A stretch of 63,141 nt of DNA from an uncultured virus (IMG/VR IMGVR_UViG_3300029955_000004) (IMGVR_UViG_3300029955_000004:62001-125141), one strand, 5' to 3'; numbered from the stretch's first letter, positions 39,825-50,538 are shown. A program made the numbers and translations. The notes: a model not told the origin generated them from the sequence alone.

Positions 39825-40241
39825 ATGTATAATCATAAACTCGATGTCTATGACATAAGTAAAGATTATAGCGTCTTAAAAGTTAATATAAAATTTGATG
39901 TTTATAAATTTGTAATTAAATCTGTAAAGATGAATGCTATGGTTATAGAAAATATTATTGATGAGATTGCTTTTTCTGATAGAGAACCTATTAAAATTAA
40001 AACCATTTATGGTACTTATAATCTTAATATCGATACTATTTATAAATGTGAAATTTCAGATATTAATGGGGATGTTAAAACAAAGGTAAGAGAAGACGAA
40101 CCATGCTTATTAAATATTTATATTATTGGTGATCCTGTCAAACCCGATATTAATAAGAAAGAACATGTTAGTTGTGGTAAAACTATAAAAGAAATTATTG
40201 ATGCGGTAAATCATAAATTAACTGATAGGCGTGAAGGATAA
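39825..40241 (+). CDS. Hypothetical protein
   Basis: 138-aa ORF with RBS and upstream TATATTAT. Confidence 0.65.
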   Translation: MYNHKLDVYDISKDYSVLKVNIKFDVYKFVIKSVKMNAMVIENIIDEIAFSDREPIKIKTIYGTYNLNIDTIYKCEISDINGDVKTKVREDEPCLLNIYIIGDPVKPDINKKEHVSCGKTIKEIIDAVNHKLTDRREG

Positions 40242-40247
40242 TCAATC

Positions 40248-40607
40248 GTGGATTTCTCTGAATATAGTACTTTAAAAAAAACCATGTTACGACACGAACG
40301 GGTACATTATTATCTTAAAAAGAGAATGGATAGAAAATTAAGTAAGCTTAAAGAACTAACCGGTCCTACAAATTTAAATGAACTTATTAATTATTTCAGA
40401 ACTAGATTAAGTTTAGCAAGTACTGTGTTGATTGCAGGTTATACAGTCAATATTAGTCAACAAACAGTTATATTTAGTATCGTTAGCGATGATAAAAAAC
40501 TAGAAAAAATGTTGTATGATGAGATTGTTAATATAACTGGCTTTAATTATAATTTTGAAATTGTTGATTTTGGTTTATATAAGCTCTCAATTAGAACAAG
40601 GGTGTAG
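40248..40607 (+). CDS. Hypothetical protein
   Basis: 119-aa ORF, GAAGGA RBS. Confidence 0.6.
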   Translation: MDFSEYSTLKKTMLRHERVHYYLKKRMDRKLSKLKELTGPTNLNELINYFRTRLSLASTVLIAGYTVNISQQTVIFSIVSDDKKLEKMLYDEIVNITGFNYNFEIVDFGLYKLSIRTRV

Positions 40608-40609
40608 AA

Positions 40610-40933
40610 ATGTATCTAAATTGTAAAGTAAGAGATGATAAAATTATTATTTCTAAAAATGATATTGAACAATATCATACTAATATCATCAGAGCTAAAG
40701 ATATCGGTCCTTGTTACATAATTGTGAATGATGATGAACAATATAGTAGCATCATCAATAATATTAGAATATTTATCTGCGATGGTGAATTTATTCATAT
40801 GAAAGATAATGACGTTGAAGACATCACTGTTGATAATTTTAAAGATGGTACAAATATAGTAATTAATTGGAAAAATAATAAGAATGCATTAAAACAATAT
40901 AATAGTTTTATTATGAAATTAGCTGCATTATAA
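40610..40933 (+). CDS. Hypothetical protein
   Basis: 107-aa ORF in operon. Confidence 0.6.
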   Translation: MYLNCKVRDDKIIISKNDIEQYHTNIIRAKDIGPCYIIVNDDEQYSSIINNIRIFICDGEFIHMKDNDVEDITVDNFKDGTNIVINWKNNKNALKQYNSFIMKLAAL

Positions 40934-40976
40934 AAAGTCGTAGTATATTTATTTAAATATTTAGAGGAGAACGACG

Positions 40977-41150
40977 ATGTATGGATCTATCTTTGAGCAA
41001 GCGACTAATTCCTGTAGACTTGCTTTATCTGCGGCTAAAACAGAATACCTCTCATTGAAGGATAAAAATATTCCTACTAAAAATAAAATTATTGTTAATA
41101 AATATATCTCTGTTTATAAAGAAAATATGAATATTAAAACTATTGGTTAA
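40977..41150 (+). CDS. Small hypothetical protein (57 aa, below the ORF-track cutoff)
   Basis: GAGGAG RBS; MYGSIFEQATNSCRL...; hairpin 41177-41207 follows. Confidence 0.55.
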   Translation: MYGSIFEQATNSCRLALSAAKTEYLSLKDKNIPTKNKIIVNKYISVYKENMNIKTIG

Positions 41151-41299
41151 ATAGTGTGATATTGTTAATTAAAATCATAAGGATGTGGCAAAATGCCACA
41201 TCCTTATATTCCTTAATAATTGTATACTTTTTAATATACGCATTTCAAATTTTTTTGATTATATATTATTAATGCGATGACTTAAATAAGGAGCGGATC

Positions 41300-41893
41300 A
41301 TGAAATATGCTACAAAAGAATCGATGACATATGGATTATGTCTATTTTATATTTTCAATGCTATAGCAGCACCAGTAATGTTTGTCGACGTGTTTGCTAA
41401 GGGAGGAAAGCAATTATTCAGTATAACTGAGTTTTGTGGAGCTGTATTAGCATTATCGGCAACAATAATACTAAAGAAGTATAAAAATAAAATAATAAAT
41501 ATATTTCCTATACTCTCTATTTTGGTTGGTATGGGAAATATAATTGTCATACTCGCGACATTACCAATGATATACAAAATATGGATAGATACAACTATAA
41601 CCGTATTCTTCCTAGGGTTTACAACAAGCGTACAGGAGGTTATTGTTGCTAGAAAATTTAAAAGTGTTATGGAGAAGTATATCGTTGAAAAGACAGTTAT
41701 GAATAACTGCTCTAAATTGTTAGCACTGTCTGGGGGTATATTAGTAACAACATGTATTTCTCTGACATTGTATCAGGTGTTGTGGATAGAGGCCCTGGCT
41801 GATATATCTTGGACATCTTTGGCCATATGGTCTTGGATACAACTAAGAAGAATTGAGAGTGGGGCTTTACGCCACACTCCTTTTATTTTTTAA
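41300..41893 (+). CDS. Multi-pass membrane protein (about 6 helices, half-MFS-like)
   Basis: Repeated hydrophobic segments over 197 aa. Confidence 0.6.
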   Translation: MKYATKESMTYGLCLFYIFNAIAAPVMFVDVFAKGGKQLFSITEFCGAVLALSATIILKKYKNKIINIFPILSILVGMGNIIVILATLPMIYKIWIDTTITVFFLGFTTSVQEVIVARKFKSVMEKYIVEKTVMNNCSKLLALSGGILVTTCISLTLYQVLWIEALADISWTSLAIWSWIQLRRIESGALRHTPFIF

Positions 41894-41953
41894 CAATATC
41901 TTAAACATATATTACTTATATAGGTACATCTCGAATTAGTGGAGAAAATAAAA

Positions 41954-42619
41954 ATGTCTATGTTAAAGAGTTTTCTAGAAAGCATTAAAATCATAGAAAC
42001 AGACGATGACTATTATAAATATATTATTCGTATTGATGAACTTAGAATTTGTAGTAATAGAACTGCATTAGAATCACATCAGTTAAAGATATTAGAATTG
42101 ATGGTTAACCAATATAGGGCGAATAGTTATTATAAATCAGATATTAATCCCAAATCAAGAAGTGTTGTTCAAGATTGGGTTAAAGAAAATATGACTCTTC
42201 GTCAACAAGCTACTTTGTTATCAGCACTTCGTGGTTGTGATGGTGTATCAAAACACGATCCTGCAAAGAAGTTGACAAGAGCACTTCGTAAAGTTATGCT
42301 TAATCCTGCCGATCCTGATTTTATGAATGACCCCAATAATACATTCATGAAGGGATCTATATCTATCGAAATCATTAATGAATTTTTAGGTGATATTGAT
42401 CATTATCCCACACATTGGTTAATTCATTTTACTCATGCTGCTATGCTTGTGGGATTCTTTCATCCAGACAACGAGGTTGGTATTATCTGGTTATCTCTTT
42501 ATCATGCTATTGTTACTAATTTACATATGCATCCTGAAACTAAAGATGAAGTTAATATAAGACTTCGTGATGGCCGTAGAACTGTTGATGAAGAAATTGG
42601 AGCACGCGCTCGCATATGA
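41954..42619 (+). CDS. Fusion of an N-terminal HigA-like module and a His-rich phage domain
   Basis: IKIIETDDDYYKYIIRIDEL...QLKILELMVNQY, then LRGCDG...HWLIHFTHAA...LHMHPET; TATATTAC at 41908. Confidence 0.65.
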   Translation: MSMLKSFLESIKIIETDDDYYKYIIRIDELRICSNRTALESHQLKILELMVNQYRANSYYKSDINPKSRSVVQDWVKENMTLRQQATLLSALRGCDGVSKHDPAKKLTRALRKVMLNPADPDFMNDPNNTFMKGSISIEIINEFLGDIDHYPTHWLIHFTHAAMLVGFFHPDNEVGIIWLSLYHAIVTNLHMHPETKDEVNIRLRDGRRTVDEEIGARARI

Positions 42620-42745
42620 GTTAAGTTGATATATAAGGAGGATAAATCCTCCTTATATATCTAATATTTTTTATAAAATCTGTAACCAAATTAATTTTGA
42701 ATATATATTACTTATAGGAAGCATGTCAAATACGGAGTGATTATC

Positions 42746-43003
42746 ATGGCTGTATATGTCGATATTAACGGGCTTAAACTTGCACCTATTTATTGTGGTG
42801 ATGGTCCTATTGTCCGCACTGTTGACAATGTTACCATATATGCCACAGAAGAAGACGATGTCGCTATTTTGGCAGATGGCAACGAATTGAAAAGAATCAT
42901 TCTTCTCTGTACCAACATCAGAACAATTGAGCCAGGTATTGTTCACACAATGCGTTGGGGTGGTGAAGATGCTAGATTTATCTTTAACAATTTAATCATG
43001 TAG
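42746..43003 (+). CDS. Hypothetical early protein
   Basis: GGAG RBS; TATATTAC at 42704. Confidence 0.65.
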   Translation: MAVYVDINGLKLAPIYCGDGPIVRTVDNVTIYATEEDDVAILADGNELKRIILLCTNIRTIEPGIVHTMRWGGEDARFIFNNLIM

Positions 43004-43013
43004 GAGTGATGAC

Positions 43014-43292
43014 ATGAACATGCGTGAAGCTTCTAAAGAAGAGAAATTGGAGATTCTCGGTTCTATGGCTGAGTTCTCCTGGTGCTGGGATGAACACTTC
43101 CTCGTTAGGATCGAGAATAAATTGTTTTTGTGGTCTGATCCCGATCACTGCGGAAACAATCGGTTTCTCGAACTCAATATTCCATTTACGCAGGCTGTTG
43201 CCAAATATAGCGGTGCTACTGTTCGAGATAAAGGGTGTCAGATAGTTCGTGACTATTGTGGCGATAACATCACTATTCAACTACGAAATTAG
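43014..43292 (+). CDS. Hypothetical protein
   Basis: 92-aa ORF with AGGAG RBS. Confidence 0.65.
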   Translation: MNMREASKEEKLEILGSMAEFSWCWDEHFLVRIENKLFLWSDPDHCGNNRFLELNIPFTQAVAKYSGATVRDKGCQIVRDYCGDNITIQLRN

Positions 43293-43303
43293 GAGTAGTA
43301 ACC

Positions 43304-43696
43304 GTGTCTCTGTTTGTATTTGCTAAAAATTTGTTCAGATATATAACGATGATTCTATCAAAATCATCGTTATATATTGTAAATATTAGTAAAAAGAGTA
43401 AAACAAAAATAATTACTAATAATAATGATTCATCTGTTACAATTAAAGAAATTATAACAACATATGAACATAGTAATGTTCTTAATTATATCGGAATAGA
43501 CGGTTATATACGTTCACTAGTTTATACTGGAATATGTTCTAATTCTCCTATTGTTAAACGAATTACTTATAATATTAAAAACGATGTAGAAAAAGAATGC
43601 GCTAATAAACTACTACAGTATTTGAAGTGTTATTATAAATGTTCTGAAGAAATAGATCTAATTAATCAGATCGGTATAATTATAATTGATTGGTAA
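43304..43696 (+). CDS. Hypothetical protein
   Basis: 130-aa ORF, AGGAG RBS, GTG start. Confidence 0.55.
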   Translation: MSLFVFAKNLFRYITMILSKSSLYIVNISKKSKTKIITNNNDSSVTIKEIITTYEHSNVLNYIGIDGYIRSLVYTGICSNSPIVKRITYNIKNDVEKECANKLLQYLKCYYKCSEEIDLINQIGIIIIDW

Positions 43697-43743
43697 TATC
43701 ACATGCATGAAAACATAAAAAACTACGAACGGAGAAGGAAACT

Positions 43744-43995
43744 ATGTCTACAGACTATTACCCGAAACAACCAATACCAATAGATACTTTTGTAAAATTG
43801 GCTATAGTAAATGGAGTTAATATTAATTATTGTTTGGAATATCAGAAAGATGAAATAACATATTTTCATGCTATAAAAACTGTTAATAATAATCCAGGAC
43901 TCATTGTTGTCGAGATTGATCATAAAGCTGGTGTTATCGAAGGATTTGGCAGATATGGATGTAATCATACAGACTGGCTAGAGAAATTTCTATGA
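43744..43995 (+). CDS. Hypothetical protein
   Basis: 83-aa ORF with AAGGA RBS. Confidence 0.6.
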   Translation: MSTDYYPKQPIPIDTFVKLAIVNGVNINYCLEYQKDEITYFHAIKTVNNNPGLIVVEIDHKAGVIEGFGRYGCNHTDWLEKFL

Positions 43996-44074
43996 AAACA
44001 TTACAATATTAAATTAAATGAATTAATAGGTTAAATTCAATTCAGTATATACAGAAAGAAAAGGAGAATACTAC

Positions 44075-44491
44075 ATGGCATATGATACAATTGATAATTT
44101 GATGCTTAATGGTACTTATGTGCTGGGAGTTTTTGGTAATAGATATGGTGGTGGTTATATTGCTGCTATGTGTTGGCATATGGATTTGTTGTTAGTAATT
44201 GAAGATGATTATACTGGCGGTGATGATCGAGGGTGTTCCGTAAGTGAATTCTTCTCTACAAATGATGTATACCCCGCAGCATGGGGAGAAACACCATCGG
44301 CGGCATTAGCGGAATTAGAAACTAAATTAAAGAATATTGTTAGTTCATCGAATTATGATTATGATAAATGGAATACATTAGTTATAGGTACAGTAACAGA
44401 ATATCACAATGCTCGCCAATTGGCACAATACTTAGAATTTCCAAATACACTACAAGTAGCTATAGATGAATGGAAGAAACAATTACTGTAA
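44075..44491 (+). CDS. Hypothetical protein
   Basis: 138-aa ORF with AAGGAG RBS. Confidence 0.65.
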   Translation: MAYDTIDNLMLNGTYVLGVFGNRYGGGYIAAMCWHMDLLLVIEDDYTGGDDRGCSVSEFFSTNDVYPAAWGETPSAALAELETKLKNIVSSSNYDYDKWNTLVIGTVTEYHNARQLAQYLEFPNTLQVAIDEWKKQLL

Positions 44492-44609
44492 GTTATTTAA
44501 ACTATATAATAAAAAATTTTAAATGGTAATAAAAAAGAGTTAAGTATAGTGGCAGAGAGTAATATCTCTGTACGATAGTTAACTTTTTATTTTATCAGGA
44601 GAAATTATC

Positions 44610-45443
44610 ATGCTTGAAGAAGCAACTATCCGTCAGAAAATTGGTGAAGATATCACCAACGTTACAAATGGTAATTTCGATGGACCACTCTGGGTCTGGA
44701 GAGATAAAAACGAAACAACAGGTGTCTTGGGGTTAATCTCTAAATTGAACCACCATATTCCCGAAGGGCTTGAGTATGCATGGTTTCACAATAGTGTTGA
44801 GAGATTTATTCAGGACCTTCTCTCAGCAAGTGATTGTAGTAATGAGTCATATGAGACGATTACCAGGTTTATCAACTCTGTTATTAAGGTCGGTACTGGT
44901 GGAGCCGAGTATACGATTTTCTACCATACCCCATTCGATCGTATAACTGGTGCAGATTCATATCGCCCAGCTATTTTTACTGTAACCCCGGGTGTTTCCA
45001 ATATCATATTGCATCACAACGTTCCGACATATGACTGCCGGGCACGTGATGAATACATTAAAAATGGTTATGGAGATCGTGAGTTCTTCCGAACATATCG
45101 TCTCAGTGAGAAGCAGTTGAGTGATGGCAAATTCTGGTTTTTAAATGGAGAAGTCTTCGACTCTTCTGGAGAACCTGAGTTATTCACTCTTAAGATCGTC
45201 ACGAATAATGAGGCCGATGTGACATCTGTCACGTTTCCCATTGATGATTATGTGACTGGAGAAATGAATGACGGGCATCTCATTATAACGCTCATCAATC
45301 CCGATAGAGTCAAGAACATTGATATCAATACCGACGACTTCTCATTTGCTGAACTCGGAGATGCTATTTTCAAACGTAAACGAGAGCTTGTCATCAACAC
45401 CGGATACAAATATCCTGATCAAGCGGAGGTTATAGATGTCTGA
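44610..45443 (+). CDS. Hypothetical protein
   Basis: 277-aa ORF with AGGAG RBS. Confidence 0.7.
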   Translation: MLEEATIRQKIGEDITNVTNGNFDGPLWVWRDKNETTGVLGLISKLNHHIPEGLEYAWFHNSVERFIQDLLSASDCSNESYETITRFINSVIKVGTGGAEYTIFYHTPFDRITGADSYRPAIFTVTPGVSNIILHHNVPTYDCRARDEYIKNGYGDREFFRTYRLSEKQLSDGKFWFLNGEVFDSSGEPELFTLKIVTNNEADVTSVTFPIDDYVTGEMNDGHLIITLINPDRVKNIDINTDDFSFAELGDAIFKRKRELVINTGYKYPDQAEVIDV

Positions 45444-45612
45444 GAAAAAACCGATCCGTACTACAGAAGAGCTACTCGAAGCATGGAAACATCTTCGTAA
45501 TGCAACTCCGAGAGAGCTTGCGGTTGTCGATCCTTACTTTCTTCCAGAAGTAATGTATCGCCTCAAGGAGATAAATGATGAACTTACAGATCCACATCTG
45601 TGGCCAACATGA
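45436..45612 (+). CDS. Small hypothetical protein (58 aa, below the ORF-track cutoff)
   Basis: GGAGGT RBS; MSEKKPIRTTEELLEAWKHLRNATP... Confidence 0.65.
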   Translation: MSEKKPIRTTEELLEAWKHLRNATPRELAVVDPYFLPEVMYRLKEINDELTDPHLWPT

Positions 45613-45621
45613 AAGATACTG

Positions 45622-46002
45622 ATGCGAGACGAGATCTCGTCTCGCATCAGCTACAAAAAAACACAATACTGGGGTAGGAGCATGATCATGATTTCGCCTA
45701 TATATCCACTAAGTCTAGTCTCTGTTATTTTGATTTTTATTATTGTCTATAGAATTCTAATAGAATTGAAAGCGATTAGTGCCATTAATATGGGATTTTA
45801 TCAAGGATTGCCGAGCACACATTTACGCCAAGTAGAGCATGCTTGTATTGTTATCAGAACACCAATCTTTGAGAATGAACTCAAGTCCGTAGTTAGATGT
45901 ATAAAGAACGATCTGTGGATACAGGCTATCTATCAAAATAAGAAATCAGATTATCCCAATATAGCAAGGTTTGCTAAATATCACAACATTGAACTAGAAT
46001 AA
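45622..46002 (+). CDS. Hypothetical membrane-anchored protein (start may be the later Met)
   Basis: Hydrophobic LSLVSVILIFIIVY; AGGAG precedes the internal MIMIS. Confidence 0.55.
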   Translation: MRDEISSRISYKKTQYWGRSMIMISPIYPLSLVSVILIFIIVYRILIELKAISAINMGFYQGLPSTHLRQVEHACIVIRTPIFENELKSVVRCIKNDLWIQAIYQNKKSDYPNIARFAKYHNIELE

Positions 46003-46016
46003 AGGAGTTTAAGCTT

Positions 46017-46295
46017 ATGACTCTTGACGAAGAAGAACTTGAGCTAAGTAAACAGCTCGATAATATTTACATTGCTATTGTGAATGAATATCATTTAAGA
46101 TCTCAGTATATAGTTAAACGATTATTTGAAATTAAGCAACAGAAGATTTTATTACAACCGCTATCTATATCGTTTGATGAAGTACAACCCTGTTATAATA
46201 AACAAGAATTTCTGGATCGGATGGCACAGCTTCCAAAATTAGATGACTCCGAGAGTCTCTCTGCTATCTTTAAAGAAGAAGGAACATCATCATGA
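46017..46295 (+). CDS. Hypothetical protein
   Basis: 92 aa, AAGGAG RBS. Confidence 0.6.
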   Translation: MTLDEEELELSKQLDNIYIAIVNEYHLRSQYIVKRLFEIKQQKILLQPLSISFDEVQPCYNKQEFLDRMAQLPKLDDSESLSAIFKEEGTSS

Positions 46296-46498
46296 AACAA
46301 CTCACTATCTCGACGACATTCGATGATGCACAGCATGAACTCGCACTAAAGGATGTGCTGGATAAGTCAATGCGGTGTGTAATCAATAAGCAGATGAAAG
46401 TGTTATTTGCAGACCCACATCTTGATGTTTCTGATTGCCGGTGGTTTAAAGGACCCCCCGATCTATCTGCTGACACTAAGCTTATTCAAGGTGGTTAA
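46292..46498 (+). CDS. Hypothetical protein
   Basis: ATGA overlap with the upstream gene. Confidence 0.5.
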   Translation: MKQLTISTTFDDAQHELALKDVLDKSMRCVINKQMKVLFADPHLDVSDCRWFKGPPDLSADTKLIQGG

Positions 46499-46686
46499 TA
46501 TTACCAAAGACGGCATAATGTGCTATGACGGTATCCCTGACGATAATATCCTCGTCAAATCTCGCTTGGCGGCCGATGCCGAGATCCTTAAGGATCTCTT
46601 GAAAGAAAAAACATGATCAAATATATACAAGATAAGTCCACTCTTTGAATTGTGTAATCAAACACAGTTCATTGGAGTATGACTAG

Positions 46687-46893
46687 GTGACTAAAGAACA
46701 AGAACTGAAGTTTTGGGATGCTTTGGGCGATGGCTCTGGCTGGCCTAAAATGACGGACGACCCAGAAGTCAACTTTGTGGTAGACTGGTTCGTGGCCGAC
46801 AAAGACGATTGGGATTTCTCCTATACCACATGGGACGAACTCCCTGAGGAGGACAAAATCGTCTACCGTTACGAAGCAGAGCATATGAAGTAA
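46687..46893 (+). CDS. Small acidic, Trp-rich protein
   Basis: GGAG RBS, GTG start, hairpin 46900-46929 follows. Confidence 0.6.
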   Translation: MTKEQELKFWDALGDGSGWPKMTDDPEVNFVVDWFVADKDDWDFSYTTWDELPEEDKIVYRYEAEHMK

Positions 46894-47008
46894 AACTACA
46901 TAGAGGATGTGCCGATGCACATCCTCTATTTTTTTATTTGTAGTCAATTATATTTCAAATATATATTATTATTATGTAATGTTATAACAGAAGGTAAGGT
47001 GTACTAAA

Positions 47009-47566
47009 ATGTCTAACGTTGACAATGATCTTGTCGCGCCACTCAATGCCAAATATATTGAACTTTATAAGGAGCTTGATAGCATACTTAAAGAGATCTC
47101 CGATGCTCAACTACGAATAACCAATCTCGATAGTGAGCGATTGGAACTTGTAGAACGAATCGCACATATTCGTAATACAGCGACCATGTTTAACATAACT
47201 TTGACAGAGGTGCTGGTAGAACAGGATATCCCACCAACCGATACGCCAATCGATATCAGTCGGTGTGAGCATGATCTCGATATTGATAAGACTGGCTTTA
47301 ATTGGTATAATAAAGTAGCTAATGAGGCAGTTTATCTCAAAAATGGTACTAAACTTACGTTTCTATATAAAGCTAAATCGTATTATGCAACAATAATTGA
47401 TGGTATGCCTGTGACAGATATTGGTGGAATTAAATACTCATCTGTACCATTGTGGTACAAATCGGTAACTTCTGCTATCGGGAGTTCGATAGATAAAATA
47501 TCCGTTAGACTCCCAGGCGATCCGGAATGGATATGTGCTCGACGTCTGTTTCGACCTATATCCTAG
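47009..47566 (+). CDS. Coiled-coil protein with RAMA-like DNA-binding domain
   Basis: LKNGTKLTFLYKAKSYYATI.DG...GIKYSS..LW...V. Confidence 0.55.
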   Translation: MSNVDNDLVAPLNAKYIELYKELDSILKEISDAQLRITNLDSERLELVERIAHIRNTATMFNITLTEVLVEQDIPPTDTPIDISRCEHDLDIDKTGFNWYNKVANEAVYLKNGTKLTFLYKAKSYYATIIDGMPVTDIGGIKYSSVPLWYKSVTSAIGSSIDKISVRLPGDPEWICARRLFRPIS

Positions 47567-47637
47567 AAAGGTTAATGCCAGTGGAGTAGTCTATATAGAC
47601 TACTCCATTATTTTTTATTTGTGATTAAGCATATTTC

Positions 47638-47683
47638 AGATATATATTACTTAAGTGAAACAAGTTTACTTCTTAAGTGAACT
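47638..47683 (+). promoter_or_regulatory. Early promoter plus leader hairpin, copy of 1653-1697
   Basis: 41-bp identity; preceded by perfect palindrome 47582-47607. Confidence 0.75.
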
Positions 47684-47720
47684 TTACTGGAATTACAACA
47701 TACATCCTTGGAGTAACATC

Positions 47721-48482
47721 ATGGAAACAGATACAAATACCACCATTTACACGACTATTATTTCTGGGGGTATCACTCCGTTGGTTAATTGGCCGATTTC
47801 TGGATTCGATAATGCTCGACGTATCAATTTCGATCACGATCGTTATGAATTCGAAGTAGTGACAACCAATCCGAAAGATAAAGATCGGCGTATTTTTAAA
47901 CCATCTGGTATAGATTGGGAATTCGCTGAAGAATACGTTGGTAAAATCGATGAATCTCCGCATGATACGTATGTGTCATTGTGGATGAGGCCCCGCCGTG
48001 AACTGAAAGACCTTAAGTTCGATAATGATTATCGTCACTATATCTACCACCACGGAGTGGAGAATGTGCGATTTATCATTCCAGTTAAGCGACTTCAACA
48101 GATTCTGATGATCGCATTTACGACAAGCGATCAGCCTGAGACTGCTGCGGTTTGCAAAATCGTTGAGGGTTTCAATCGGACTGTTCTCGACAACTACAAG
48201 TATCAACTTCAGCCCATTGCACATGAGAATGCATCAGAAACGTTCTATGTTAGCGATCTTGTATCGCTGATGCGGGAACTTCCTGATCAGTTCATGATGG
48301 TCGACCATTTCAAGGCTGGCGATAAGGTCGTGATTTCTGAAACCAGACACGCCGTTCATGAAGTATTCAAGGTCGTTGATATCACGGATCTTACTGGGCG
48401 TAAGCACCATCAGGATGTATTTTTGAAAGAGATCCCTGATTGTGTGTTTTCTGGCGATAGTCTGATAAGAGCTTATAAATAA
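47721..48482 (+). CDS. Hypothetical early protein
   Basis: GGAG RBS before ATG 47721. Confidence 0.7.
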   Translation: METDTNTTIYTTIISGGITPLVNWPISGFDNARRINFDHDRYEFEVVTTNPKDKDRRIFKPSGIDWEFAEEYVGKIDESPHDTYVSLWMRPRRELKDLKFDNDYRHYIYHHGVENVRFIIPVKRLQQILMIAFTTSDQPETAAVCKIVEGFNRTVLDNYKYQLQPIAHENASETFYVSDLVSLMRELPDQFMMVDHFKAGDKVVISETRHAVHEVFKVVDITDLTGRKHHQDVFLKEIPDCVFSGDSLIRAYK

Positions 48483-48566
48483 TGAGATCTGGGAGGGTGT
48501 AATTACACCCTCCAATTTTTCAATAAAACAGAATATACGATCATATCAAACATCCTGGAGGTAATC

Positions 48567-49235
48567 ATGTTTACACAATCTGACTTCAAGCACTGGTTTC
48601 CTATCGAACAGACCCGTCATTACATCGCCGACATTATTCCCGATGGGGCGAAGGTTTTGGAAATTGGCGCCTGCCATATTCCATTTCCGAAAGCTACGAC
48701 ATATGTCGATTATGTCTATGATCCCAAGATCGACAATGTCGTTTGTGATGTTACCAAAGAACGACTTCCTTTTGAAGACAAGTCATTCGACTTCGTCTAT
48801 TGTCGGCACGTCATTGAAGACCTGTGGAATCCCTTCCTGGTTCTCAGTGAAATGCAGCGGGTGGCCAAAGCCGGTTACATTGAAACCCCATCTATCGCAC
48901 AAGAACTTGCTCGGGGTGTCGGCGCCGGCTCATTTAACTTCCGAGGCCATTGTCATCACCATTGGTTCGTTTATAACGACAGTGGTGTGCTGAAGTTTAT
49001 CAGCAAGCTTCCTTGGATCGAACACGTCGAGTTCGACGAAGAACAAATCGAACATATGCTTAAGACATACCCCATATACTGGAATACATACTTTCAGTGG
49101 ACGGACAAGTTTGACTTTGAGCATGTCCAGGGTCAATATCCGATGTTGCAGAATGACATCATTTCTGGCTTACATGTCGGATACCAGAATGCAAATGCTT
49201 TTACAGAGACAATCATCGATCACTATAAAGAATAA
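48567..49235 (+). CDS. Class I SAM-dependent methyltransferase (Methyltransf_11-like)
   Basis: KVLEIGAC, CDV...LPFEDKSFDFVYCRHVIED, EMQRVAK. Confidence 0.85.
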   Translation: MFTQSDFKHWFPIEQTRHYIADIIPDGAKVLEIGACHIPFPKATTYVDYVYDPKIDNVVCDVTKERLPFEDKSFDFVYCRHVIEDLWNPFLVLSEMQRVAKAGYIETPSIAQELARGVGAGSFNFRGHCHHHWFVYNDSGVLKFISKLPWIEHVEFDEEQIEHMLKTYPIYWNTYFQWTDKFDFEHVQGQYPMLQNDIISGLHVGYQNANAFTETIIDHYKE

Positions 49236-49496
49236 TAAAAATATGTGATTGATAAAGAATACGTTATATTGTTGAAACTATTTGATCTCTTACTATAGAT
49301 CACTGGAGTGAGTTTTGTATTCACTCCAGAATTATGTAGTAACTGAAAACTATGGGAAGAATCCTCAATAACCGTGAAGCACTCGGTTATATCTACAACA
49401 AGGAATCTGGAGAGTTTTACTCCCTAGATGACAAAGCTACAGTCAATGAACTCTATGACACCTATAATTGGTGTTAAATGAACTTAGGAGATCGAG

Positions 49497-50402
49497 ATGT
49501 CACTAGATAGAAAAATTACCCGCAATGCTGATGGTTCTGTTTCATCTCTGAGTGATAAATTGGACGAGGCTATCGATTATGGTCTCAGTCGGCTCATGGA
49601 TGTCACGTATCATAATGCATATAGTGATAGTGGGGAGCTATTATCATTAAAGTCGTTCGGTGCAATATGGCCGCTTGGGTGGATTCCAAATGATCTTGCT
49701 GATGATATCCTGATATTTGGTCCTGACAGCGAACAGATGAATCCGAGTGTACTCTGGCCGATAGATATATCATTGGCTATTCCACAAGACGATGGTACTA
49801 TCCAACTGATGCATGTACAAACTATATCCCCAAGAGAACTGCGGGGAAAGGTTTCTAATTTTGCACAGCACATCGTAAAGGTCTCCACTGCATTCATCCT
49901 GAGGAATGGGACTTATACTACAGAAGTTAACTACTTTGGTTATCTCAATAAGAAATGGAGTGCGCTTAAACCAATAATACGCATGGTTACATACAATCAG
50001 AATGGAGGTCTCACAGCTGGTAAGAACTATGCTAATTTTAATATCAATGTAAATGTGACGATGGCTATGTCTGTTGCATTAACTAGGCGGTATATGTGGG
50101 AAGTTACCTTTCAAATAAAAGATAGCCCAACTCTCTTATTTCTAACAAACCCATCAGGTATTAGAGAACTCTTTCAGAATCGTGATGTTCCTGTTGGAGA
50201 AAATAGAAAAAAGGCTCTTCGTAACTGGGTTCGTGCACATACACGAGAACTAAAGAATTCTCAGAACGAAGAAGATATCGTCTTCGTACGTCGACATTTC
50301 AGAGGTAAAACATCTTTTGATTGGCAGGGGTACTCCTGCACTATAACACCTAGTGAATATGATCTTGAAAAGTACTTCTCTAGTAAAGAAACTAAACAAT
50401 AG
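49497..50402 (+). CDS. Phage hypothetical protein
   Basis: 301 aa; C-terminal NWVRAHTR...VRRHFRG basic motif. Confidence 0.7.
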   Translation: MSLDRKITRNADGSVSSLSDKLDEAIDYGLSRLMDVTYHNAYSDSGELLSLKSFGAIWPLGWIPNDLADDILIFGPDSEQMNPSVLWPIDISLAIPQDDGTIQLMHVQTISPRELRGKVSNFAQHIVKVSTAFILRNGTYTTEVNYFGYLNKKWSALKPIIRMVTYNQNGGLTAGKNYANFNINVNVTMAMSVALTRRYMWEVTFQIKDSPTLLFLTNPSGIRELFQNRDVPVGENRKKALRNWVRAHTRELKNSQNEEDIVFVRRHFRGKTSFDWQGYSCTITPSEYDLEKYFSSKETKQ

Positions 50403-50538
50403 TCATAAACTATGTGCAAGGAGATGTGGTATATACCACATCTCCTTGGATCGCTTATTATTTTTTTAACAATATCTTACGCATATATTATTTGTATGTA
50501 GTTCAATGTCATAACTATAACTTAAAAGGATATGGGTC

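Noticed and set aside
49240..49480. Possible decayed gene or 41-aa ORF from 49352
   Set aside because: No convincing RBS or recognisable motif; cannot be supported
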